Below, in pieces: positions 40,977 through 50,095 of a DNA stretch of 64,000 nt. The notes below the pieces were generated by a model, which saw only the letters and a program-made list of their open reading frames with translations, was not told the origin of the DNA and made no database searches. The stretch spans positions 153,414 to 217,413 of the forward strand of contig CAYVMI010000002.1 in assembly GCA_964452555.1 (NCBI GenBank), written 5' to 3'. The translations under genes and the position numbers were made by a program. This DNA comes from an uncultured Desulfobacterales bacterium. Lineage in GTDB: Bacteria; Desulfobacterota; Desulfobacteria; Desulfobacterales; B30-G6. Numbering within the stretch: position 1 is the first letter of the stretch; every line of letters starts with the position of its first letter.

Positions 40977-41375
40977 TTACTCCTTCAAGCTGTCCACATA
41001 AGCATCTTTGGACATCAGCTGGTCCAATTCGGCAGGGTCATCCGGTTTTACACGGACCATCCAACCGCCGGCATAGGGTTCGGTGTTGACCAATTCCGGG
41101 GAATCTTCCAGTTCTTCATTAATGGCGACCACCTCGCCGGCCAATGGCATAAAGAGTTCGGAAACGGCTTTGACGGATTCCACGGTGCCGAATTCGCCAC
41201 CTTTTTCAAAGGTATCGCCCACACCGGGCAGTTCCACAAAAACAATGTCCCCCAATTGATCCTGGGCATAGTCGCTGATACCGATGGTCACTTCGCCGTT
41301 TTCCACTTTACCCCATTCATGATCATCACTGTACTTCAGGTCATCCGGAAAATTAAGTTCGCTTAGTTCTTTCAT
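40977..41375 (-). CDS. gcvH: Glycine cleavage system H protein
   Basis: HEW, GISDYAQDQLGD, VESVKA (lipoyl Lys). Confidence 0.96.
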   Translation of the reverse strand: MKELSELNFPDDLKYSDDHEWGKVENGEVTIGISDYAQDQLGDIVFVELPGVGDTFEKGGEFGTVESVKAVSELFMPLAGEVVAINEELEDSPELVNTEPYAGGWMVRVKPDDPAELDQLMSKDAYVDSLKE

Positions 41376-41394
41376 GACGGCCTCCAATATATCG

Positions 41395-41514
41395 GTGTTT
41401 AGTTTTAGGTGTTAGGTTTTAGGTTCGGATTTAGGCTGTAGTTTTTTAGACTGTAGGCAGCTGTAAGCAATTAGCTTTCAGCAGCTTACAGCTAATATCT
41501 TATAGCTTATCGCT
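41395..41514. repeat. GTTTTAG heptads followed by an AGC-heptad palindrome
   Basis: ttttagg tgttagg ttttagg ... agctgta agcaatt agctttc AGCAGCT tacagct aatatct tatagct tatcgct. Confidence 0.8.
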
Positions 41515-44162
41515 TAAAGAATATCATGTAATTTTTGAATCTGGTCTTCAAATTGGTCCCTGGAAAAGCAGTACTGCATTTCCAGGAAGTTTTTACGAAA
41601 TGAAGCCACTTCCGATTTAACGTCCCTGCCTTCCAGCAGAAGGTCTTTAAAAAGCTGCGCCAGGGTTTTAAAATCATCGGGCTGCATGCCAAAACGGGTC
41701 ATCTCCTGGACGCCCATCCGCAGCGATCCCGAGGCCGTAAAGCCCTCTTCGGCCGGAGCGGCCTGGTAGTTGACGATGAGGTTGTTGTCCTCCAGCCGTC
41801 GGGCGATTTCAGGTCCCTGGGCATAACCCACATTTAAGATCACCTGATGGGTTTCGGTAAACGATATGTCGGGATCCCCGGCCACACTCAAGCCACAGTC
41901 ATTGAGCGCTGCTGCAAAAGCGCGCGCGTTTTCGAGCACCTGTTTGGGGTATTGGTCCTTAAAATAGTTCATTTCGTAAGCCGCCATCAGCAAGGCCAGA
42001 ATGGTTCCCAGGTGATGGTTGCTGACGCTTCCCGGAAAGGCCCGGCGTTTGACGGCTTCCCACAAATCATATTTCGGATCGGCCTCATCCATATTCCCGG
42101 CGATAATTCCGCGTTGGGAACCGAAAAAAGTCTTGTGGGTGGACCCGGTGATGAAATCGGCGCCCTCTTTAAACGGTTCCTGAAAATAAGGACCGGCCAA
42201 ACCGAGAACATGCGCCATATCGTACATGATGATGGTGTCCAGGTTCAGCTGATCGATCATCCCGCGCACCGCCGCGACCGGCTCTTTGTGCAAAACCATG
42301 CTTTTGCCAAAAATAATCAGTTCAGGCTTATGTTTTTCAATCAGCGTTTCACAGGCTTCAAGGTCGATACAATAGGGGTTTTGCGGCAATACCGGGAAGT
42401 TGACCACGGCCGGTTTTTCCGAGAGGGGATCGCGGGCCACAAAATCGCGCAAGGCGCCCATGGGCTGCGCACTCAAATGTCCCCCGCGAATGATGTGGTT
42501 GTTGAGGACTTTCCGCAGCCGCCGCTGCTCACTCTTGCGATCGGCACGATTGATATAATCCAGCATGGCGCTAAACAGGGCCATGTTGGCCATTTGGCCG
42601 GATACCACACGGGTTTCAACCTGTTGACAGCCAAAAAACGTCTGTAAGGCGGATTCCAGTCGATCTTCCACTTCGGCAATGAAATCGGTCCCCTGGTAAT
42701 AAAAAACTTCGGCTTCGCTGAAGGCGCCCACCTGTTTGTGCTCGGCATAGCGACCGCAGGGATCCATGATGGAAAGCCAGCGTACCAGCGCGGACTGGGT
42801 TTGTTCGGACGGGATCAGATTGATACATTCGGTCTGACGCCAGCGGGTGTTTTCAACGGATTTTTCAAGCAAGGTCTGAACGTTCTTATGAATGTCGTCG
42901 CTGATCTGCGATTCACGCTCTTGACCGATCTGATCCCAGGGTATCGACCGGGCGTAAGGGGGCGCCTCGCTACGCATATGATAGGGTACGATAACCGCCG
43001 GAGTTTGCTTGTTACGGATTTGAACCTGGATATCATCGCCTTCCAGCAGCGTACTATCCAAAAGGGCCAGACAAATGCCTCTGAGTTCATGATTTTGGGT
43101 CAATTTGGAGAAAATGCCCTGACCTTCGATTTCCCAACGGGGCACCATGGTGCCGCTGGTGATATAGCCCACATGGCGGTCGCCCTGAAAGACTTTATAA
43201 CCGGCCCGGGCCACCCCTTTTTTCTTGAGGGCCACCGGCATGATCCTGCGCGGTAGGTCATCGATTCTCGAAAAGTCCTGGTCAATGATCAGCTTGAGTG
43301 CCTCAAACTGCTTTTGCAGGGCCTCCCGGCCGATAAATTGATTTTTCAATGGCGACAGACTGACGGCAAACCGGGACAAGGGGGACGCATAAACAGGTAT
43401 TTCCCTGTCTTCCGGGTCAAGACCCAATTCGTGGCCGTAAAGCGGTAAGCTGGCTTCCAAGCGCAGGGTGTCTCGGGCCCCCAGTCCGACCGGGCGGGCA
43501 CCCTGATTCACCAGGCTGTCCCAAACAGCCAGGGTGTCGGCGGTATCCATGAACAATTCGAAACATAGGGGTTCACCGGTGTAACCGGTGCGGGCGATCG
43601 AGACCTTTTTGCCCTGAATGCTGCCAAACCCGAGGCAATTACGCATGGGATCGGGTAGATCCGGGGAATCCAGCAGCTTTAGCAGTATATCTTTAGATTC
43701 GGGCCCCTGGAGGCTCAACATGGAAACATCGTTGGTAATATTCTCAAGGGTGACATCGTCAAAATTGCCCAGGTGAGCCTGGAAATGGTCCCAATCCTTG
43801 CTGCTGTTGGCTGCGTTGACGACCAGCAAGTATTCATCGGCATAAAAACGATAAAGATAGGCGTCATCGACGGCACCGCCATTTTGATTGGGTATCAGGG
43901 TGTACTGGCTTTCGCCTTCTTCCAAACCGGCCGCGTTGTTGGAAAGCACATGCTGCAAAAAGGCCAAGGCATTGGTTCCGCGAAACCGGAAGCGCCCCAT
44001 GTGGGACACGTCAAACAGCCCGGCATGCCGCCGCGTGGCCAGATGTTCCTGTAAAATCCCTTGGGAATACTGAATCGGCATACTCCAGCCGCCAAAGCCA
44101 ACCATCTGAGCGCCCAGTTCAACGTGGCGATCGTGCAAGGTGGTTTTATTTAGACTTTCCAT
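41514..44162 (-). CDS. gcvT: GcvT aminomethyltransferase fused to serine hydroxymethyltransferase
   Basis: LFDVSHMG, ARTGYTGE, GLGARDTLRLEA; then INLIPSE, GGHLS, DMAH, STHKTFFGSQRG. Confidence 0.93.
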   Translation of the reverse strand: MESLNKTTLHDRHVELGAQMVGFGGWSMPIQYSQGILQEHLATRRHAGLFDVSHMGRFRFRGTNALAFLQHVLSNNAAGLEEGESQYTLIPNQNGGAVDDAYLYRFYADEYLLVVNAANSSKDWDHFQAHLGNFDDVTLENITNDVSMLSLQGPESKDILLKLLDSPDLPDPMRNCLGFGSIQGKKVSIARTGYTGEPLCFELFMDTADTLAVWDSLVNQGARPVGLGARDTLRLEASLPLYGHELGLDPEDREIPVYASPLSRFAVSLSPLKNQFIGREALQKQFEALKLIIDQDFSRIDDLPRRIMPVALKKKGVARAGYKVFQGDRHVGYITSGTMVPRWEIEGQGIFSKLTQNHELRGICLALLDSTLLEGDDIQVQIRNKQTPAVIVPYHMRSEAPPYARSIPWDQIGQERESQISDDIHKNVQTLLEKSVENTRWRQTECINLIPSEQTQSALVRWLSIMDPCGRYAEHKQVGAFSEAEVFYYQGTDFIAEVEDRLESALQTFFGCQQVETRVVSGQMANMALFSAMLDYINRADRKSEQRRLRKVLNNHIIRGGHLSAQPMGALRDFVARDPLSEKPAVVNFPVLPQNPYCIDLEACETLIEKHKPELIIFGKSMVLHKEPVAAVRGMIDQLNLDTIIMYDMAHVLGLAGPYFQEPFKEGADFITGSTHKTFFGSQRGIIAGNMDEADPKYDLWEAVKRRAFPGSVSNHHLGTILALLMAAYEMNYFKDQYPKQVLENARAFAAALNDCGLSVAGDPDISFTETHQVILNVGYAQGPEIARRLEDNNLIVNYQAAPAEEGFTASGSLRMGVQEMTRFGMQPDDFKTLAQLFKDLLLEGRDVKSEVASFRKNFLEMQYCFSRDQFEDQIQKLHDIL

Positions 44163-44216
44163 GGGCTTTTTCCTCCCGTCCTTTTATGCTTCGAGAATTT
44201 ATTTATTTCAGTCTTA

Positions 44217-44360
44217 AAATTCCAAATCCCAAAATACAACTCACAAATAAATTTCAATTTGGAAATTTCAATGTCCAAAACATGCATATTCGCTCAGTCG
44301 GTTTGGTGATTGTCATTGGGGTATTATTTGATATTTGGATTTTGTCATTTGTGATTTTCA
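44217..44360. repeat. AAATCCC-type heptad inverted repeat pair
   Basis: aaattcc aaatccc aaaatac aactcac aaa ... tttgatatttggattttgtcatttgtgatttt. Confidence 0.7.
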
Positions 44361-44428
44361 AATCTTACTAGCAGAATTTAAAATAGCTAATGATATTGAA
44401 ATCTCTGAAGTGATTAATTGTGCAAGGA

Positions 44429-44872
44429 TCAGAGTATGTAGGGTAAACTTAACCCATAATTCTTATACACCACAAAGGTCTCAACCGATTGGACATCCTT
44501 TATCCGGGCGACCTGCTCGGTATAAAACTCCAGCAGACCATAGCCTTCCTTGAGCATCACAATCAGGATCAAATCAAATCGGCCGGTGACCACACTCACG
44601 GAGACAACGCCCTTGAGCTTGCTGAACTCTTCACCCTTTTTCACCAGGTTCATGGTGGCCAGCTTGACGCCCACCAGTACGGAGCGGTGACCGGGTATGG
44701 CTTCCGGATTGACCAAACCTTTTATGGAAAGAATGCCTTCGGTCTTTAACTGGTTGACCCGTGAACGGACCGTATTTTCGGACAACGACAGATCATCGGC
44801 TATTTTTCGCAATGATTTGCGTCCATCTTGCAGATGCTTGATAATGTCGATGGTGGTGGCGTCAATTTTCAT
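44429..44872 (-). CDS. Lrp/AsnC family regulator
   Basis: D..IIKHLQDGRKS..IA..L.LSENTVRSRV, VTGRFDL. Confidence 0.92.
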   Translation of the reverse strand: MKIDATTIDIIKHLQDGRKSLRKIADDLSLSENTVRSRVNQLKTEGILSIKGLVNPEAIPGHRSVLVGVKLATMNLVKKGEEFSKLKGVVSVSVVTGRFDLILIVMLKEGYGLLEFYTEQVARIKDVQSVETFVVYKNYGLSLPYIL

Positions 44873-45132
44873 AATAAAATCGCTCCGCGATTTTATGGGA
44901 CGCGATTTCATCGCGTATTATTCTTTTGGCATAAATCTCTATAATTTTTAGGTGCTCTTTATGGATAAGTCAATAAAAATTAAAAATATTCAGGAAATGA
45001 TTAAATTGTCGATAAATTTTTATCAAATCGATCAATTTCGTGCAGCTATCAGCTTTGAGGTATAAACCATATGCTGTTTGTGGAACAAAAGTTAATTTTA
45101 TTTTGACTTTTAACATTGAATTCGTTAAGTGT

Positions 45133-45167
45133 AATTCGAATGTTGAATCAGATTCAACATTCGAATT
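45133..45167. promoter_or_regulatory. Perfect 35-bp palindrome, probable repressor operator
   Basis: AATTCGAATGTTGAATC-A-GATTCAACATTCGAATT just downstream of TTGACT (45103-45108). Confidence 0.75.
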
Positions 45168-45350
45168 GTCTTTTAAATTTGAGATTATAGAAAAACGGCA
45201 AGAAAAAAATAATCACGACGAAGTCGTGCCAAAAAGAAATCGCATTGGCTTAGAAATATCGTGATTGAAATATTTTCATTTTGGCGTAGCAAGAGCCCTG
45301 CGTGATCGAATAGACCGGCTTCAAGCGATTTCTTTTTTTATGGAGGCAAG

Positions 45351-46493
45351 ATGGATTTTGCGTTTAGCAAGGAACAACTTATGTTCAGGAAAGAGGTGAT
45401 CCGATTTGCCAAAAAGGAAATCGTTCCCAGGGTTCAAGAATATGATCGTCGTGAGGCTTTTGATTTTGAATCCTTTCGCAAACTGGGGGAGTTCGGCATT
45501 CTGGGACTCCATTTCCCCGAAAAATATGGCGGTGAGGGTGCCGATGTGGTCACCACAGTCATTGCCGGCGAGGCTTTGGGTGCAGCCGGTGTGGATGGTG
45601 GCTTGACCCTTTCTTATGGCGCCCACTCGTTTTTGTGCGCCGATACCATATTATGCCATGCCACTGAAGAACAGAAACAGCGCTTTTTACCGGGCCTGGC
45701 CAGCGGAGAACTGATCGGCTGCATGGCTTTGTCTGAACCGGACGCCGGCTCGGATGTGGCTTCCATGACCGCAAGCGCTGTGAGACAGGGCGATCAATAC
45801 ATCCTCAACGGTACCAAAATGTGGATAACCAATGGACCGATTGCCGATGTGGCCGTGGTGTATGCCAAAACCGACCCGGATGCCCAGCACGCCGGTATAT
45901 CTGCCTTTATTGTGGAGAAGGACACGCCCGGATTCACAGCCGGCAATCCCCTGATAAAAATGGGGGTTCGCACATCACAGACATCTGAATTGGTATTCAA
46001 CCAGTGCGCCATTCCAAGTGAAAACCGTTTGGGAAACGAAGGTGATGGTTTTCTAATGGCCATGCAGACCGTTGAATGGGACCGCAGCGCCATTCTGGCG
46101 CCCTTTGTGGGTACGGCCGATTATCTCTTAAAGAAATGTGCCGGTTATGCCAAGGGCCGGGTTCAATTCGGAAAACCCATAGGTCATTTTCAGGCCATAA
46201 AACACAAACTGGCGGATATTCGGATCTTCGGAGAGGCAGCCAAAACGCTGGTTTATCGGGTTGCATGGTACAAAGATCAAGGGCGCCCATTGAATCATCT
46301 GGAGGCCGCCATCGCCAAACATTATATCGGGGACTATAGTTTGGGACCCACCAATGATGCGGTAGTGCTCCATGGCGGATATGGATTTACCCATGAATTT
46401 GACGTGGAACGGATATTCAGAGACAGTCGACTGGCGCCGATTGGGGGCGGGACGAGTGAAATACAGAAAAAGATTATCTCTAAGCTGATGTAG
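45351..46493 (+). CDS. Acyl-CoA dehydrogenase
   Basis: ALSEPDAGSD, NGTKMWITN, RVQFGKPI, HGGYG, IGGGTSEIQ. Confidence 0.95.
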   Translation: MDFAFSKEQLMFRKEVIRFAKKEIVPRVQEYDRREAFDFESFRKLGEFGILGLHFPEKYGGEGADVVTTVIAGEALGAAGVDGGLTLSYGAHSFLCADTILCHATEEQKQRFLPGLASGELIGCMALSEPDAGSDVASMTASAVRQGDQYILNGTKMWITNGPIADVAVVYAKTDPDAQHAGISAFIVEKDTPGFTAGNPLIKMGVRTSQTSELVFNQCAIPSENRLGNEGDGFLMAMQTVEWDRSAILAPFVGTADYLLKKCAGYAKGRVQFGKPIGHFQAIKHKLADIRIFGEAAKTLVYRVAWYKDQGRPLNHLEAAIAKHYIGDYSLGPTNDAVVLHGGYGFTHEFDVERIFRDSRLAPIGGGTSEIQKKIISKLM

Positions 46494-46502
46494 GATAATT
46501 TA

Positions 46503-46702
46503 AATTCGAAGCACGAAGCACTAAATCCGAAACGGTTCGACAAGCTCACCGTCCAGAGCTAAGCCGAAGGACAATATCTAATGCCCAAAATTTAAATAAT
46601 CCAAACAGGCTTTGAAAGACCTTGGAAGATAGTTCTGTTTGAGGCATTTGAACATTCGATATTTGTATTTGTTTCGAATTTCGATATTCGGATTTAGAAT
46701 TT
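46503..46702. repeat. AAATCCG-type heptad inverted pair with nested GTTCGACAAGCTCA motif
   Basis: aaattcg aagcacg aagcact aaatccg aaac ... gtttcgaatttcgatattcggatttagaattt. Confidence 0.75.
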
Positions 46703-46790
46703 ACCGAATAAGTATACTAGGAGTTGAGCCTAACCACCGATCTTAAATATCGCAATCCATGACATACGATTCATTTATCATGAGGTAAAT

Positions 46791-47927
46791 ATGAATTTTG
46801 ATTTTAGTGAGAGTGAACAGAAATTCCACCAGGAGCTTGCGCAGGCGCTCGTAGCCCTGGAACCACCTGAAAGACTGCAGGTCGGATCAAAAGCGGCTAT
46901 ACCTGAATGGATCTCCCGGTTTCAAAAACTTCTGGCTGAGTTGGGATATTTTGATTTGGGTTTTAAAATGCCAGGGCAAGAAGCGGGCGATAGCCTACAT
47001 TTGATGGCCAGCCAGGACATACTGGCTGCCTTTTCGCAGTCGCTTTACCTGACAGTTGAGATGAGTGCGCGCATGTTTGGCCGCATCGTTCAGTTTTGGG
47101 GCACGCCCGAACAACAGGCCCAATTGCTTCCTAAATTGAAATCCGGAAACATCCTGGGAGCAGTGGCTCTTTCCGAAGATGCCATGAACGTGACCAATGA
47201 TCCCCTGAAAACGGAAGGTATTGAGCAGGATACCGTCATCCAGGTATCGGGAAAAAAGAGTTATGTGGTCAATGCCCCCTGGGCCGATTGGGTCGCGGTG
47301 GTGGGGTGTATGCATGATCAGACGGCCATATTCCTGGTGGATAAGCATAATAAAGGACTGCAGATTGATGCGCCTTTAAATCCCATGGGATTCGAGGCCG
47401 CGGCCATCGCTGGAATACAATTGGATGCCTGCGACATTCCAGCCGACCGGATCATTCGACCGCCGGAAAATGCAGCAGTGCTGACATCGCTGCGCTTATG
47501 GGAAAATCACATATTGATTGGTGCCAGCCTGGGGATGATGCAGGCCGCTTTTACATCTGCAAAAGATTTTGCCAACTCCCATCATACCGGCGGCAAACCC
47601 ATCATCGCCTATCAGGAAGTGGCATTCAAGCTGGCCGAGATGCTGACCCTGTACCAGACATCCCAATTGCTGGCATACCGAGCCGCCTGGAATGCAGACA
47701 GGCAAACTCGTGAAAAAGATGGCTTGATGCTTTGTGCCAAGGTTTTTTGTGCTGAATCCGCCGAAAAGGTTGCCAGTATGGCCCTGCAGATTATGTCCGG
47801 TCATGGATATCAGCACGGCAGCCTGGCGGCCGATGCATATGCGTGTGCCAAGTACACCCAGATTGCCGGAACTTCCATGGAGATTGCGAGAGTATTAATA
47901 GGGGACGAAGCCCTGGGCTATAAATAG
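46791..47927 (+). CDS. Divergent acyl-CoA dehydrogenase family protein
   Basis: ALSED, GKKSYVVN, GKPIIAYQ...KLAEM, SGHGY; several motifs degenerate. Confidence 0.85.
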   Translation: MNFDFSESEQKFHQELAQALVALEPPERLQVGSKAAIPEWISRFQKLLAELGYFDLGFKMPGQEAGDSLHLMASQDILAAFSQSLYLTVEMSARMFGRIVQFWGTPEQQAQLLPKLKSGNILGAVALSEDAMNVTNDPLKTEGIEQDTVIQVSGKKSYVVNAPWADWVAVVGCMHDQTAIFLVDKHNKGLQIDAPLNPMGFEAAAIAGIQLDACDIPADRIIRPPENAAVLTSLRLWENHILIGASLGMMQAAFTSAKDFANSHHTGGKPIIAYQEVAFKLAEMLTLYQTSQLLAYRAAWNADRQTREKDGLMLCAKVFCAESAEKVASMALQIMSGHGYQHGSLAADAYACAKYTQIAGTSMEIARVLIGDEALGYK

Positions 47928-48002
47928 CGCCCATCCATAAATGGCCAATTTGCCCGATATCTTAGATATCAACCAAATTTGCCTATTTCTGGAAGGACAC
48001 TA
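47925..48002. repeat. Short palindromic element
   Basis: tagcgcccatccataaatggccaattt ... aaatttgcctatttctggaaggacacta. Confidence 0.6.
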
Positions 48003-48076
48003 ATAGGGTTTTAGGTTTTAAGTTTTAGGTTTTAGAATGGCCTAACGACAGGAGTTATCAGCGATAAGCCCCAATG

Positions 48077-48246
48077 AATTACGCCCGCAGGGCAAGTGAC
48101 AATAAATAACGCGCGAAGCGCAAATCTCGCCCGTAGGGTAAATGACCAAGAATGACAGCCGTAGGCGTAATGACGCGCGCAGTGCAAATTACATTCTAAG
48201 AACGAATGTCGTCCGAAGGACAAATGTCGCCCGAGGGGCAAATGAC
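48077..48246 (+). repeat. Array of seven AATGAC-stem-GNA-stem mini-hairpins
   Basis: GCCC-GCA-GGGC, GCGC-GAA-GCGC, GCCC-GTA-GGGT, AGCC-GTA-GGCG, GCGC-GCA-GTGC, GTCC-GAA-GGAC, GCCC-GAG-GGGC. Confidence 0.85.
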
Positions 48247-48409
48247 AATACTCCGGAAAGGTTGGAGGGTATGAGGTTTGAAGGGTTGAAGGGTAAGGCC
48301 TTTGCTTTCGGCCATTTGTAACCAAACAAACCCAATAATCTCAATGAACCCAACAAACAATTATCAATTTTCTGGATATTTCGTAACATGGTCAGGAGAT
48401 AGATATTTA

Positions 48410-49069
48410 ATGAGAAATCAGGTTAAAAGCAAACCCACCCGCAGTGAACTCAGACGGAAGCGCGAAAGAGAGCAACGTTTCCTGTCCATATTGGATGCTG
48501 CTGAAAATCTTTTTGCAAAAAAAGGCTATCACCATACGAGTATGGAAGAGGTCGCGGATCTGGCTGAGGTGTCTGTGGGGACGGTATACTTTTACTTTAA
48601 AAACAAAGAAGATCTCATTTCCCAGATGCTCGAAAAAATCGGATTTCAGCTGCGCAATCTCTTGGGAAGGGAATTCGAAAATGCCGATGGCAGCATTGAA
48701 GGGTTTAAACGGGCCGGCATCCTTTTTTTTGAAGAATTCTGTCTCCATCATCCCCAGAAGGTGGCCATCCTTTTCAGAGAGTCGGCTGGTCAGAGCAATC
48801 GGCTGGAGGAGCATCGCAAGCAAATTTTTGAAAAACTGATCCAGGATGTACAAAAGGCATTGATTCGGGTGGGCGACAATCTCAAGGTAGGCTATCAAAG
48901 CCCATATTCACCGGAAGTCATGGCGGTAAGTATCATGGGGATGTATGAACGCATCGCTTATCAATATCTCATTTGGCAAAACCGGCCCGATGATCTTAAA
49001 ACCATAGGACGGGATGCTGTCGATTTCATTGTCGGCGGAATACTTAATCTCAGTAACAAACGGTTTTAG
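48410..49069 (+). CDS. TetR/AcrR family regulator
   Basis: ILDAAENLF...GY..TSMEEVA..AEVSVGTVYFYFKNKEDL; RBS AGGAG upstream. Confidence 0.93.
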   Translation: MRNQVKSKPTRSELRRKREREQRFLSILDAAENLFAKKGYHHTSMEEVADLAEVSVGTVYFYFKNKEDLISQMLEKIGFQLRNLLGREFENADGSIEGFKRAGILFFEEFCLHHPQKVAILFRESAGQSNRLEEHRKQIFEKLIQDVQKALIRVGDNLKVGYQSPYSPEVMAVSIMGMYERIAYQYLIWQNRPDDLKTIGRDAVDFIVGGILNLSNKRF

Positions 49070-49142
49070 GTTTTAAGTTTTAGGTTTTACGTTTGTCTAT
49101 CAGTTGTTCGCTACCTAATACCTAACACCTAACACCTAAAAC
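49063..49142. repeat. GTTTTAG / CTAACAC heptad inverted pair
   Basis: gttttag gttttaa gttttag gttttac ... ctaatac ctaacac ctaacac ctaaaac. Confidence 0.75.
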
Positions 49143-49177
49143 GTCTCGATCAAAAGTATGGAAAGGAGTAATCCACT

Positions 49178-49948
49178 ATGACAGAAAATCCATTACTGTA
49201 TCAGGTCGAAAACAATATTGCTCGCTTGACCATCAACCGGGAAAAGCAGCGGAACTCCTTAACACCCCAGGTGATTTCGCTCTTTATGGCGTATTTGGAC
49301 CAGGCACAAGCGGATGAGGACGTGCGCGCGGTCATGATCACGGGAGCTGGAGACAAAGCCTTTTGTTCGGGTGCAGATCTCGGCGGTGCCGCCACCGAAG
49401 GTGGACAGTCATCCTTTCAAAACTACGCCGATCTCTTAAAACGCCTGGCAGCCTATCCCAAGCCAACCGTTGCCAGAATTAACGGCTACTGCCTGGCAGG
49501 CGGAATGGGTTTTATGATGGCCTGTGACATTGTCGTGGCCAGGGAAACCGCCAAATTCGGGACTCCCGAAGTCAATGTGGGTCTGTTCCCCATGATGATC
49601 GGGGCGCTGATATTTAGAAACGTACTGCGCAAGCGGGCCCTGGAGATGGTTCTGCTGGGAGAAAAGCTCACCGCGGCCGAAGCGCTGGATATGGGACTGA
49701 TAACGCGCGTGGTTGCTTTTGAAAAATTGGATCAGGCGGTCGAAGACATCCTGGCCGCACTGGTTGCCAAGAGCCCCATCGGTCTCAAGCTTGGCAAAGA
49801 GGCTTTCTACAACATGGCGGACATGCCTTTTGAGGAAGCTGTCGATTATTTGTGTGGTAAATTGGCAGAGGTTGTGGCCACCGAGGATGCGGTGGAAGGG
49901 ATTACAGCTTTTATCGAAAAACGAAAACCGAATTTTAAAGGCCAATAA
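49178..49948 (+). CDS. Enoyl-CoA hydratase/isomerase
   Basis: AFCSGADL, NGYCLAGG, FGTPEV..GL, EKRKP. Confidence 0.93.
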   Translation: MTENPLLYQVENNIARLTINREKQRNSLTPQVISLFMAYLDQAQADEDVRAVMITGAGDKAFCSGADLGGAATEGGQSSFQNYADLLKRLAAYPKPTVARINGYCLAGGMGFMMACDIVVARETAKFGTPEVNVGLFPMMIGALIFRNVLRKRALEMVLLGEKLTAAEALDMGLITRVVAFEKLDQAVEDILAALVAKSPIGLKLGKEAFYNMADMPFEEAVDYLCGKLAEVVATEDAVEGITAFIEKRKPNFKGQ

Positions 49949-50095
49949 AATTACACTGTAGGTGTCCATTAGATCTGAGCTGTTAGTTCTTTGTTGTTAG
50001 CAACCCAAAAGCAAAAAGCTAACTTCTGACTTCTGTATGCTGATACCTGAATGCTGTTATCTAATATTGTACCAGCAGGACTAAGGAGAAAATCC

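Noticed and set aside
44163-44428. Glycine riboswitch before gcvT
   Set aside because: The region is AT-rich heptad repeat with no glycine aptamer motifs visible
48077-48246. CRISPR array
   Set aside because: Units are about 18 nt and variable, lack unique 30-40 nt spacers, and no cas genes are present
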